This document shows positions 48,406 through 60,222 of a stretch of 64,000 bases of DNA, in pieces. The notes under the pieces are model-generated. The model saw only the letters and a program-made list of their open reading frames with translations. It had not been told where the DNA came from and ran no database searches. Both the position numbers and the translations under genes were made by a program. The DNA is from Podarcis melisellensis (Eukaryota): NCBI GenBank assembly GCA_964234715.1, contig OZ174277.1; one strand, 5' to 3'. Position 1 is the first letter of the stretch. Every line of letters starts with the position of its first letter.

Positions 48406-50849
48406 TCCTTTACTTGGGAGCTCTCCTCCCTGGCTGATACTCCAGTTACTTCACTCTTAGCCAGTTTCTGTTGCAGTCATGATTGGTTGGTCCTTCTTAT
48501 CCGGCATTGTTGTTGTAAACTCTGCATCTATTCCCACTTTATTAGCTACTTGCTTCCTGACGATCACTTTTTGCTTAGTTTCCCAGCCTTTGAATTTTGT
48601 AACCGCCATTTGCTGAACTTCCTCTGCTCCATCCTGTCCACATCTGGCTATGTTTTGTTTTTCTTTCTCCCACACCTGTTCAAATGGCATAGGTTGAATC
48701 CATCATACCTTATGCTCCACTGACTCTGGCAGCCCAATCACATGCATGCTTTACCTGGAGGAAGTCCCACCAACTTCTGTGGGGCTTAATCCTAGGTAAG
48801 TATGCATATGCTATGAACGAGAAATCTGAGAGCTGGATACTGTTGTGCATCAGTATTCAGAAATGGAAGAAAGAAAACATCTGAGTAATCTATATAGTTT
48901 ATTAGAGCAAGATTTGCCTCATGTGACAAACAGACTTTAAAAACAAACAAAACGCTGGAATAGGTTACTTTTCAAAAAGCCACTTGAATGAATTTTTAAA
49001 TGTGTTCTCACAGGTGATGCATAACCAGAGGTAAAAACACGTTAGGACAAGTCAGAATGCCATTTCTACACAATATCTGGGGTTATGTGTAATTATAGCA
49101 ACTCCCTTCTCCTTGTGACCCTCCCAAAAAGGTAACAACAGGTGGAATGCCATTTCATAAGATCTGCAGAGGTAGCAGCAGTGTTGTGCACCTGACATGA
49201 ACACAGTCAGGTGGTTGGCATCAGGGATGTGAAACACAAACAATCTGTACCTTTTTATTGGCTTCTTGCTGATGAGAGTAAAGAATAATAATAATTGGGG
49301 GGTGTATTAGTTTTTGTTACTATGTTATGCATTTTTGTGTTTTTATATTGTAAACTGCCCTGTGATCCTTGGGTGAAGGGCGGTATAGAAATTTTAATAA
49401 TGATGATGATGATGTTACAATACTCCATGTTGGCTTCATTGTAATACAGACACTCTTGTATAAGCAGATGGCAAGTTGCAAAATTCTTCTGAAGTTCAGC
49501 CTGCGCTTGGAAAACAGTTCCCAAAACGCTGTGTTACATGTCATTACAGAACGTACATTTAAGTGTGCTTTCAGATGGAATCCTTTGCAAGTGTTAAACA
49601 TGCTCACTTGGCTTATGCGACACCAGCATGGGTATGAAAATGTGCCAAGTCCTGTGGTAGACTTTGCTACTCCGAATTGACTTGCAGGATCAGTAATGTG
49701 GCAGTCTCCAAATCAGTTATTAAATGAACCTATTATTAGATGATACCCCTGGGCTTAAAGTACCTTCATTCCACTTGCTTTTTCATGTTACACTAGTTGG
49801 GAGGTGCTTGTTATTTTGATGCAGCCTAAGATTCAGCCTTGGTGTAAAGTGTGGTTTGTGGAACCACAGGACCTCTGGGTTGTGTGCCTTCTGCTATCTA
49901 TAGCTGGTGTAAAATGTCATAATTTGAACTGTATGAATGAGACCAGGTTATTCTTACAGCTCTTGAACACCATTATTGAAAGGAGACATGCCCACATTGA
50001 AGAATAATGCCTAGATTTACTGTTTCTGTTACTATCTAATGCAGCGGTGTGCCCGTTTTCTTACTAAAGAATTTTAGTAATTTATTTTTATCTATGTTGC
50101 GCAACATAAGAGAAACCCAGTCAAAAGTAAGTGGGTATTCAAAGACTCAAGTAACATAGACAGTGAAGACTGAAAGGCAAATGTTTGAAGCAATTACCAA
50201 TTACATTAAAAATGAAATATTTGCACTCAGAATGAATAAAGGGTTGGGATCAGAAACTGGCTATTGCTAACACCAACCCCCAATTACATTTTTGAAGGCT
50301 TCTGAACAAGTGAAATAGAATGGCACTTAGGCTCAATTGAGCTGTGGTGGAGCCAACATTCATATTTTGGCTCAGTCCATTTATAAAGTGGAGAGGGGTG
50401 GGCGGATCTTACTTTTAACAGTACAAGCTGTGCAGCAAGGGGAGCGCTGAACTCTTTCCCCACTTATGCTTTATCTGTCTGCAATCAGTTGCTCCAGCAG
50501 CTTTTATCCTATTTCTGACTGATAACAGCAGTGAGCTGAGAACAGAGAAAAGGAGCTGGAACAACACTTGAGGGAAGGCATGGCGTTGCTCTGCTAAACA
50601 GCATTCCCCCTTCCTCACCATATGAACAAGGTAGACATGTGAAAAGAAGCACATACCGTTTGGCCTTCAACTGCAGCACTGTTTATTGTTGCCTTAAAAA
50701 ACCCCCAAATGTATAGATCAGCAACCTCTGCTGCCTTCAGTGCAAAATACTGTAAATAAATTACTTATAGATCAGCAGCTGCTGCCTTCTTCAGTATCAA
50801 ATAAATAAATGACATAAAGAGGATGTTTCATTTGTTTTACTTTGTCTAG

Positions 50850-50960
50850 AAAAGGAAGACCAGTGTCTCATGCCTGAAGCCTGGAATGTGGACCAGGGAG
50901 TAATAACCAAACTGAAGGAACAATACAAAAAGGAGCGCAAGGGGAAAAAGGGGGTGAAGA
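50850..50960 (+). CDS. STRN: Striatin exon 8 (111 nt, symmetric phase 1-1, basic tract)
   Basis: tttgtctag acceptor; EKEDQCLMPEAWNVDQGVITKLKEQYKKERKGKKGVK; A|GTAAGT donor. Confidence 0.94.
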
Positions 50961-53723
50961 GTAAGTGGAAAACATTGCACTTTAAAATTCATAAATTCCT
51001 GCCTCTTTTCACTTCACCAATACTATCTTTCTTTCAATGTTTTCCTCAAACTACTTACTCTTTTACTTTGCTGCTCCTGACTGCTTTCCTGTTCACAGTT
51101 ACCAGGGGTGGAAATTAATGATACTTAAAATCCAGAGGTGTTGGGGTCATTGCTTTTATCCAGTTGGATAAAGTATTGGGGGGGATGCTTTTAAAATATT
51201 AATATTTAATTTTTGGCTACCATAAAACACTTCTTGTTAAGGTTTGTCCAAACCAGCCAATTTTTGCTTGACTTAGAGACCATAGAGGCTGTAGTTGATT
51301 GTGTGATCTCTCCTGGTTTGTACTTCTGGGAATCTTTGTGCAGAACTTAATGCTTCAGAAAATGATTGCTAATTATTCCATCTAATTTTTGAAGTTAGTT
51401 TAGTCTGTGCGCACACCCTGTCATTTACAGTGGGCAATGCAACTTGGATCAGGAGAACCATTCAGCTATTTCCAAGGATTTGGGTTTGCATTTGCTTTTA
51501 TTGAACAGCCTTCCCCGATGCTACCTGGCAAAACGCTTTTGAAACTGAGGGAGACTGAAAAATGCTCTGATAGTATGCAAAAAGCTACTTGCCATGCACA
51601 GGCCTTTGGACTAACCTTATATCACTCGATATGTTCAACTGTTTATTTCCCTTTGGCAGCCCTGAGACAACTCCTTCCAAACAAAGCAAACAGCTTTGTA
51701 TGAAGTTATAAACTTTGCCATCCAGTGGAAATACCTCACGCACCCCCCCAGCACATCTGAGAAGTTAGGGTGTGTATATAGGGGGGTGTACAGTGCATAT
51801 ATTTAGCAGTTGCTGTTTTTTTAAAAAAAGAAATAATATAGTTCTGGAGAAGAAGAGGAGATATATATAGTGCAAACCTGTAAAGAGCAGCTCATGAGAA
51901 AAGCAGACAACTGAATCTTTGGTCTGGACATACCCTTAACTAGAAGTGAAAGATAAAAGCAAATTAATTTCTACCCTTGTTTCTTTGTAATGTTTGCTAC
52001 ATGCAAGTCATGCTATCCTCATAATTTGAATGCAGGGCTCGAAATGGGGGGAGGTGGAATCTTACCAGGCTTTTAATAATATCAGTAAGTCCTCATCAAA
52101 CTTCGCCTAATTTGGTTGAGTGCTATTTTTATACCAGGCAAACAATTGGATCAGTATTTGAAGTTTAATTTCTAGCCCTGTGTGTCATACTTCCTTTCTG
52201 TGTTACATCTCTTACAATATAAATCCATTACATAGAAGCTGTGTGCTCAAAATGTGCAATGCAACCCTTTTGGATGTTTAATATGGAAATCCTAGGTTTA
52301 TATGTCATACACAGCAGTTGTATTCTGAAAATTTGGGTAGCAATTATATGGAACAAATGCACACAGAAATCAAGATTAACAAAAAAAAAAAAAGATGCTT
52401 AATTTTTAATGTTAGTCTTTGCAAAATTCATTTAAAAATTACAGTATTAGTTTTCCCCATTATTCTTGGGGAGGACTTTGCTAAATGCTAGCTTTCAGCA
52501 TGTTGCAGAGGCTTTTGTTCTGTGCAGCCTTGTAGTGTTAGCACTGTTAAGATCATAGAACAGATAATTTTTCAGCTAAAAAATATTATGATTGGATCAC
52601 AGTACCAAATTTTGGTAGTGTTAAAATATATTTGGTGATTACTTGTGGGCCTAATGGCAAAAGGCACGATAGAGTCTGAAATCTGGATGAATATATTCCT
52701 CTATTTTGTTGCTCAAATTGCAATACTCATTCATCATGCATTTACAAACCTGAGAGAAAGTCCTCCTTACATCAGCTATTTCTTCTGCTTTGTTTACTAT
52801 GGTAAACTCTAAAATATGATACCTGGCAATTTACCTGTATTTCCCCTAGATGTTGTAGGGAGAGGAGGAGCTGCAGGTCTCCCTCCTTGAATTTTTTGAG
52901 AGTGCTCTACTGAAGCATAACCACTTCACTGATTCCCTGTATTCTACATCTGAGTATTGAAAAGAAGGAAGTGGATAATCCAATTTATTAAGTTTTTTGG
53001 TTATGGAGAAATGCTTCAGCAGCAATAACACAAGTAACTTGTCCCTGTCACCTTGCAAACCATTCTTTCAAAGTGCTGTACATCGTGTATTCCTCTAAAA
53101 CATCATTTAGGGGTTAGCCACTTTTCTGGGACAATGTCCAGATCTCCTGGCAGCCTGCCACATTCTGTTTTGTTTTAAAACCCTAAGGCTTCTTCCATCC
53201 CACCCAATTCAGCTAATGGGACTGAGATAGGCTTTACTCTGGCCTAATGAAGTCCTATCCACTGATCCTAAGGCCTACTTCAGGAGTATTCATTCTCCTG
53301 TTCATCGGTGTTGGCCCATAGTATGAGGGGATATGCTCTTGCCTTAGTCATTGCTCCAAGATCTAGTAATTCAAGTTCTTTACTAGATTCCCCCTTGTGA
53401 GGTTTGGCAAATTGCTTTTCCCTTTTCCATTCATTCCTCGCCACCCAAAAAAATATCAGAATTTGGGACTCACTACAAGCTTGTTAAATGTTGAGACTCA
53501 TGCATAGAACATGGATAGATACGTGGTCTGAATATCATAGGTAGCATAGGCCACAGGAGTTTATGGCACTTTGCATTAGAGCATGGGCCTCTGCAACTCG
53601 TCATGCTGAATCCAGCTCACTAGCAACATAGGCTGGAGCTACATTGATCTGTAAAACCATTAATTAAAAATAACGTTATATATCACTCAATCCATTTTTC
53701 CATTGCTGGCGACTCGCAGCTCT

Positions 53724-53742
53724 GCAGCGCCCCCTGGTGTCA
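53724..53742 (-). promoter_or_regulatory. Candidate CTCF binding site
   Basis: Minus strand TGACACCAGGGGGCGCTGC closely matches the CTCF core consensus CCACCAGGGGGCGC. Confidence 0.6.
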
Positions 53743-55356
53743 CATTCTTATAACACATTTTTAATGTTATAACCTACCAGTGTAGGTTAGTCCCTAGTGT
53801 AGCCTGCCAGAGGCTCTCACTTTAAAACTATTTTTTGCTCCCTACCTGAGACTACAAGAACTGAGGTGGGGGCTGCCAAATGCCAAGCAGGTCATGATTG
53901 GTGGAATGTGTTTCATTTGTTGAGTAGCAAACTATTGATCAGGATGAGATAAAACTAAAACACAGAGGACTGCATGAAAGTGGTGCTCAACAGAGTGGCA
54001 TACCTAGCAGAAAAGAAATAGATTTTTAAATTTGAGATGAAGCATTTGTTTTGACTGGAAATTATTATGTGTATAAGCAAATTGGGTTTTAAAACCTTGC
54101 CACTATTCTTTCTGAACTAAAGAGCTAAATGTTTAAACAAGAGTGATGGATGAAAGAATGGAATTTGCTTCCCCCTCTCCCAGCTTTTCCCAATATGAAA
54201 AATAACTGGTTATGAATCTTAATTAAATGAAATCAAGTAGCGTTTTGCCATTACAGAAATTAAGCATCTGCTCAGGGCCAACACTCTTGGAAGATGCATC
54301 AGTTATGCATAATAAAGAATAGTTTGTAACTGTGATAAATCAGTTATATTTGGTGACAGAAAGGTTAAAAGTGGAAATCTAGGGGCATGAATGTTCAGCT
54401 GTAAAGCATATATAGCTTTAATGAGTGTGCACACCTATAGAATTTTGTATATTTGCAGACAAGCACTTCTGTTATAGTCTTGCAAAATCCTGAATTGTTT
54501 GTCTGAAACAAATATCAGTCGTTACAAATCATTGTTATTATTATGGCAGGATTTGGACCGAATAATTTGAGGAAAGTGCTGTGATTCTGCTAGGCTGTTG
54601 TAAAAAGTCCTTGTGAAGTGTGCCAAGTTCAGACCTGTCTTAGAATACACTTTAAGGTGACTAGAAATAGTTTTATTATTTAGTAGATTAGGAAAAACGG
54701 TTATGGACTGTGGGTAAGATATTTTCCCATTCTTAATTAAACTTACAACAGGAAAAACTACCGAAGATATGTTTCAGCCTCAGTCCTATATAAAACAGTC
54801 AAAACAGGGATGTGGGAAAATGATGGAGCAAAATGCAGGTAAGTTTTGAGAAGGGCATGGGTTTTCACCACATGTAGTTTCAGGGAGAACAAAACCAGCG
54901 ACTCTTGCTTGATTGTTTTTGTTTTTCAATTTTTTAAAAGTAATTGTCATTGTTTAGATTGTGGCACGGTCACAGTCCTGCACAATTTTGTGAAAGTTTG
55001 AAAACAAATGTAACTCACAAGTGTTACAGTCTTTGGAAAAATAAAATTATTTTTTGTTTTATTTGCTGTCACTTGGATGCATTTTACATTTCTCAAGCAA
55101 GTCCATGCAGTGAACAGAAGTGTGTGTGTGCAAAACCTCAGTTTCCATCACTTCCTTCTTAAAGCACTTCATTTCATGCCATAAATGTAGTTACTGGTGG
55201 AAGTAGGAATCATTATTTGACTCACGTTCATCTTTTTCTTTTGCTATAAATAGCACTCATTGTCATTATTGTTGGTGCAACATGTTAGTTAATAGTAACA
55301 CTACTTTTATTAATGTTTGCAAAACTTTCCCCCCACATTTTGTTGTTTTTGGCCAG

Positions 55357-55500
55357 GGCCCAACAGGTCAAAACTACAAGATATGCTTGCTAACTTGAGA
55401 GATGTTGATGATCTGCCTGGATTACAACAGTCAGCCATGTCTCTCACCAGATCCAGTACTTCACGGCTTATTGAACAAGAAATCAATAGAACAGATGAAG
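55357..55500 (+). CDS. STRN: Striatin exon 9
   Basis: ggccag acceptor; RPNRSKLQDMLANLRDVDDLPGLQQSAMSLTRSSTSRLIEQEINRTDE; G|GTGAGG donor. Confidence 0.94.
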
Positions 55501-58004
55501 GTGAGGGCTGCTGTGTGTGTGTGTGTGTTAAGTGTGTGTAAGGGGTGCATAAGAGCTATTGCTTTAGAAATTGAGGCCTAATCAGGCCTGCCAGACCTCT
55601 CCATTTTGGCCAAACTACACCCTTTGGGGCCCTAAATTGAAAGGGTGTTTTGCAGGCACCTTTGATGGGTTGATCAAGTGGTGCTTGCAAAATAGGGCTT
55701 TGGAAGGTGCTTCTGAAGGCCTTTGCAGTCGCCTGACATCATTGTGACATTCAGGCCCGACAGGTCTGATGGCTGGGGGAAATAACAATCTGACATTTTT
55801 GGCCAAAAAGGGTCCCTACTCCTGAATTAAAGGAACCTGAACTAGTTGATATTTGAGCTTTTGCCTATTATTCTGTCAGCTTTGTATATGTGTTCTGAAG
55901 CGAAGATGATTTTTAGATGATGCATGTTGTAGCAAGCATAACCTTACAAGAAGTAATAATCCTTCCTATGTGAAAACAAAGGGGAAATCACAGGATGGAG
56001 CTTCCTACCTGTAGTTTTTATAATTATTTGTATTACAAATACATATGATATACATTTCTCTTAAAAAAGAAATCTCCCCCAAACTGTTATCCAAATATTT
56101 GGGGGCATCTTTTTAGCTGATTAAATGTTCTCCAACTAAGAGTTGATTAAATGCTCCATCCTTCCTTTGTATATATACTAGTCTTTCAGTTTTGCAAATC
56201 TGCTGCTGTGCATGGTAATTCTTATGAGTAAAGTGCCCTGGAAAGATTGCAAGACTACTGTGTCCTGAAAATTTTAACTTTGCTAGCATTTTTTTCAAGC
56301 ACATGGCAAATTACAGAACCAACGCTTAATGCACCTTACCAGTACATAAAGCAGGAGTGGATTAATGGTAGATCTGGATCTACTGGAAGCTCTGGATGAT
56401 TTGAAGCAGAGTGACAAGGTTTCTGACTAGTAATGGCAACAAAATGACCCTCTTAAATTATGCTGCTAGAATGAAGAAAATTGGAGGCAAGTAGTATATT
56501 AAGGAAGAAAGAAAGGAAGGCAGGTGGGTGGGTGGGTGGGTGAAGAGAAGTAAGCAGCCAGGAATAGATTTTTGTGTGGAAGGACTGTGAGCTTACATAA
56601 GTTTTGGTGCTCAGAATAAATGTTTGGATTCAGAAGACTTTAATTCTAGGTGCTTATCTTTTGCACCAGTCTCTAGTTGATAGATATTGGAGGGAAAATT
56701 AAGCAAGTCCTGAAAACAGTTCCCCCTTGGCTTATATTAAAAACATCACCATTCCACTGTCAACAAGCTAAATAATTGGTTTTCTTTAACATGTCTTCCA
56801 AGAAAGCCCTTTTGATTTCATGTTAAACTTAACCTTGCTAAGTTTAAGGGGCAGTTTACACTCAATGAGCATCTCGTGACCCGCATTCAAATGAAGGTAC
56901 CATTTGTGTAGACCGGCACGTCCCCATGGGGTCTTTCCATTTCAGTTATTGTGGGTGACACTTTTTGAGAGGCTGCAGTTGCAGAAGTTGCAGCTGATTC
57001 TGCCTCAGAGGTAATAATGCCTCCAACGTGAACGCTGTTAGATACCAGTCCGGAAAACTCCCAGTTGCCAATTGCTCTAGTCGTGAACTGGATCCTCTGT
57101 TTAAAATTGCTATCTGGGCATATTTATAAATAGAAAATATGTATTTGTCATGTAATGGCTACTAGTCTGATTAAAACAGCTTCTGTTGGCTGCATTTTAA
57201 GAAGTGGATGTAGCACACTACATGGAACAAGTGCAGCAGAACATTGAACGATCAACAGCCCACATGCTTAAAATATATGCTTTGAAAGACAAAATGTTAC
57301 TTAGCAACACTTGGAGAAGTGGGGGGAAATCTCCTTTTGCTTGGAACATTTTTTCCCCATCCCATGTTGGGTTCACTGCTGGAAAGGCCTAGGTGGTAGT
57401 TTTCCCACGATTGTTCAGTTGGGTGTCCTGAGCTTTCAGTCTCAGCATTGCTTTGACCTTCACACAATTGGGCTGAAGGCTGCCTTCGGTTTTTGAATGG
57501 GTGTTTGATGTTTTGGCAAACTTACGGCGATATTTAGGGCTTTTACAGGTGACCCCCGGCCTCAGGCCGCCACATGTACTGTTTTTACTTCGTTGCATTT
57601 TCCTAGCATTCAGAATGCAATATTTTTATTTTTAGGCAAATACGAATGTGACCCACCCCCTTTTTGGCCCCATTGAATTTTGGGCTGAATATTTTATTCT
57701 CCCTTTGGAATCAATGGGACTACCTGAAAACATCAGAGTGAACTTGGATCAGGCCCATCTAGTCCAGCACTCTGGTCCCACAGTGGCCAACTAGATACTC
57801 CAAAGGATGCTTACAAGCAGAACCTGAGCACAGCACTCATCCCACCTGCGATGCAATTGGTATTCAGAGGACGCGGTGGAACTTAGCCTCTATGGCTAGT
57901 AGTCATTGATTGCCTTTTCCGCTATGAATTTGTCTAATCTTTTCAAGTTGTCAGAATTAGAGTGACCACCCCTGCCTCTTGTAGGAGTGGATTCCATAGT
58001 TTAA

Positions 58005-58384
58005 TAAGAATAAGAATAAGAATTTATTTGTACCCCGCCCATCTCACTGGGTTGCCCCAGCCACTCTGGGCGACTTCCCGCATATATAAAAACATAATAA
58101 AACATTACACCTTAAAAAGCTTCACCATACAGGGCTGCCTTCAGATGTTTCCTAAGTGTCATATAATTACTCATCTCCTTGACATCTGAAAGGAGGGCAT
58201 TCCACAGGGTGGGCCGAACGATGGGGGTGGAGAGGCTCCTTCAGGTATACAGGGCCAAGACCATTTAGAGCTTTAAAGGTCAGCACCAACATTTTGAATT
58301 GTGCATGGAAACGTACTGGGATCCAATGTAGGTCTTTCAGGACCGGTGTTATGTGGTCTCAGTGGCTCCTCCCAGTTACCAGAC
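58005..58384 (-). mobile_element. L2 LINE 3' fragment, same family as 12207-13430
   Basis: Colinear with 12255-12675; (AATAAG)n tail; imperfect TSD TAGTTTAA/TAGTTCAA. Confidence 0.85.
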
Positions 58385-58399
58385 TAGTTCAACTATGCA

Positions 58400-58542
58400 T
58401 TATGACTCAGTTAGTCGAGCATGAGGCTCCTAATCCCACGGTTGTAGGTTCAAGCCCCACATTGGGCAAAAGATTCCTGCATTGCAGGGGGCTGGACTAA
58501 TTGGCCCTTGTGGTCCCTTCCAGCTCTACCGTTCTATGATTC
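58400..58542 (+). mobile_element. tRNA-derived SINE with CR1-type 3' tail
   Basis: CTCAGTTAGTCGAGC...GGTTCAAGCCCC tRNA-like head; tail GGTCCCTTCCAGCTCTACCGTTCTATGATTC; partial reverse copy at about 36335-36413. Confidence 0.7.
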
Positions 58543-59847
58543 AAAGTTCTTTCTTGTATCTTCCAACATTCAATTTCATTGGCTGTCCCTGAGTTCTGAG
58601 TGTTATACAAGGAGGTTCAACCTCTCAAATCAATTCTATGGATGCCATTCTTTTCTTCCTACTATCCCAAGATTACTTTTCTTCCCCTTAAAACCAGAAT
58701 AAGTGCAAAGGCCATCTCCTGACAATTGCTTTCACCTCCTGCCCCACTGTACATATTACCAGTTTTGTACTGAATCTAGCACCAGTGTGCTATGTGGAAA
58801 CAATTTGTTAAAATATTTATATCCCCCACTTGCAAAGTATATTGTAAATTTAAAATAAAACATAAAATACAAAATTATAAAATGCACAAAACAGGAGATA
58901 GTTGCATGAGATCAGATAGGAATAACAGATGCTTTGTAGCAGTACTTTAAAAAGTTGCACTGTTCATTTAAAATAGTGGTAATAAGATTTAATGGCAACT
59001 TCAACTAAGCAAAATAAAAACAAAAAATGTAAAGCAAGTATTATCTCTTGTACAATATTGATATGAATATTTAAATTGGCTTTATATTTGATACAAATAT
59101 TGTCAAATAGTTCAACTTTTGTACATACACTTTGTAGTAGTAGTAGTAATAATAATAATAATAATAACAATAGACAACTAAGCAAACTGTAGAGGCTGTA
59201 CCATACAAGGTGAGCCACCACTGAAAAAGCTCTGCTAAGAAAAATCTTTAGTTGGGTTCTTCTTTCTCTTCAGTTACTAATTTTCATTAACAAAAAATGA
59301 ATGTCCGTTGTGATTTTGTTTTGTTTCAGTATTCTTTAAAAAAATTAAATTACTTTTCACCTTATTTATTTATGTATGTATTAATTTTTTACTCCTTACC
59401 TTCCTTCAAAGGGGCCTAGGGTGGCAAATACATAAATTCGAAAACAATACAATTAAAATATATATCCTTCCCTAGAACTACAAAACACTTGAAGAAATTG
59501 GGTGGGAGAGGGGTGGGCATGCAAGAGTCAAATCCATACCACCGTTTTCCTTTGTAATGAACCAATAGGCCCTGGAAGTCTCTTGCACAAATCTTAGTGC
59601 AATCAGCCAAACAGTATTTCCTTTTGTAGTGCTTAATTGTTTTGAACAATTCTGAAGAAATCAGCTTCCGAGGTATGTGTATTTAAGAACTTTATTTCTG
59701 GCAAAAATTAGATTCTGCTGGTGCTGATTTGCGCATGTTAATTTCACTTTGTTTTGTAAAGAGCTTACTCTACTGAATTTCAATTGAACTGTTTATGCCA
59801 AGCTTCTGATTGTATGGAGTACTTAACTTTCATTTCTTCTCTTTCAG

Positions 59848-59984
59848 TGGAAGCTTTAACATTCCCTCCTTCATCCGGAAAGTCTTTCATTATGGGAACA
59901 GATGAGGCCCTTGAAAACGAGCTGGGTCTTGGGGAACTAGCAGGCCTAACAGTAGCCAACGAGGCAGATTCTCTGACGTACGAT
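59848..59984 (+). CDS. STRN: Striatin exon 10
   Basis: ctttcag acceptor; VEALTFPPSSGKSFIMGTDEALENELGLGELAGLTVANEADSLTYD; GTAAGT donor. Confidence 0.95.
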
Positions 59985-60039
59985 GTAAGTGCTAGTTTGT
60001 CACTGTTGCCTCTATTTTTCAACAGGTAAAAACTGTGAT

Positions 60040-60222
60040 AGGAAAATAGGAAGAAGCTGCCTTATAATGAGTCATTGTTCCATCTAGCCCAGTCCTGTCT
60101 ACACTGACTGGCACAGGCTCTCCAGTGTTTTGGACCAGAGTCTTTCCTAGCCCTATATGGAGATGCTGGGGCTTGGACCTTCTCTATGGAAAGCAGGTGC
60201 TTTACCACTGAGCTATGGTCCT
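60040..60222 (-). mobile_element. tRNA-derived lizard SINE
   Basis: Minus-strand head CCATAGCTCAGTGGTAAAGCACCTG (A box); tail CCAGTCAGTGTAGACAGGACTGGGCTAGATGG...AAGGCAGCTTCTTCCTA. Confidence 0.65.

Larger units (their letters stand above)
57730..58620 (-). mobile_element. CR1 3' fragment hosting nested L2 and SINE insertions
   Basis: GGATCAGGCCCATCTAGTCCAGCA...TTCCATAGTT [inserts] ...TTCCAACATTCAATTTCATTGG continues as one CR1-like sequence. Confidence 0.6.

Noticed and set aside
48120-48723. ORFs around the (TG)n(GA)n microsatellite
   Set aside because: Repeat-derived translation; flanks may be very old LINE debris but cannot be assigned with confidence.
55582-55825. Possible hAT MITE after STRN exon 9
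   Set aside because: Ends are only loosely complementary and I could not identify a TSD; not supportable as a call.
58400-58470. tRNA genes (also at 25515, 38430 and 60160)
   Set aside because: A/B boxes are followed by SINE bodies or LINE-derived tails and lack a complete cloverleaf.
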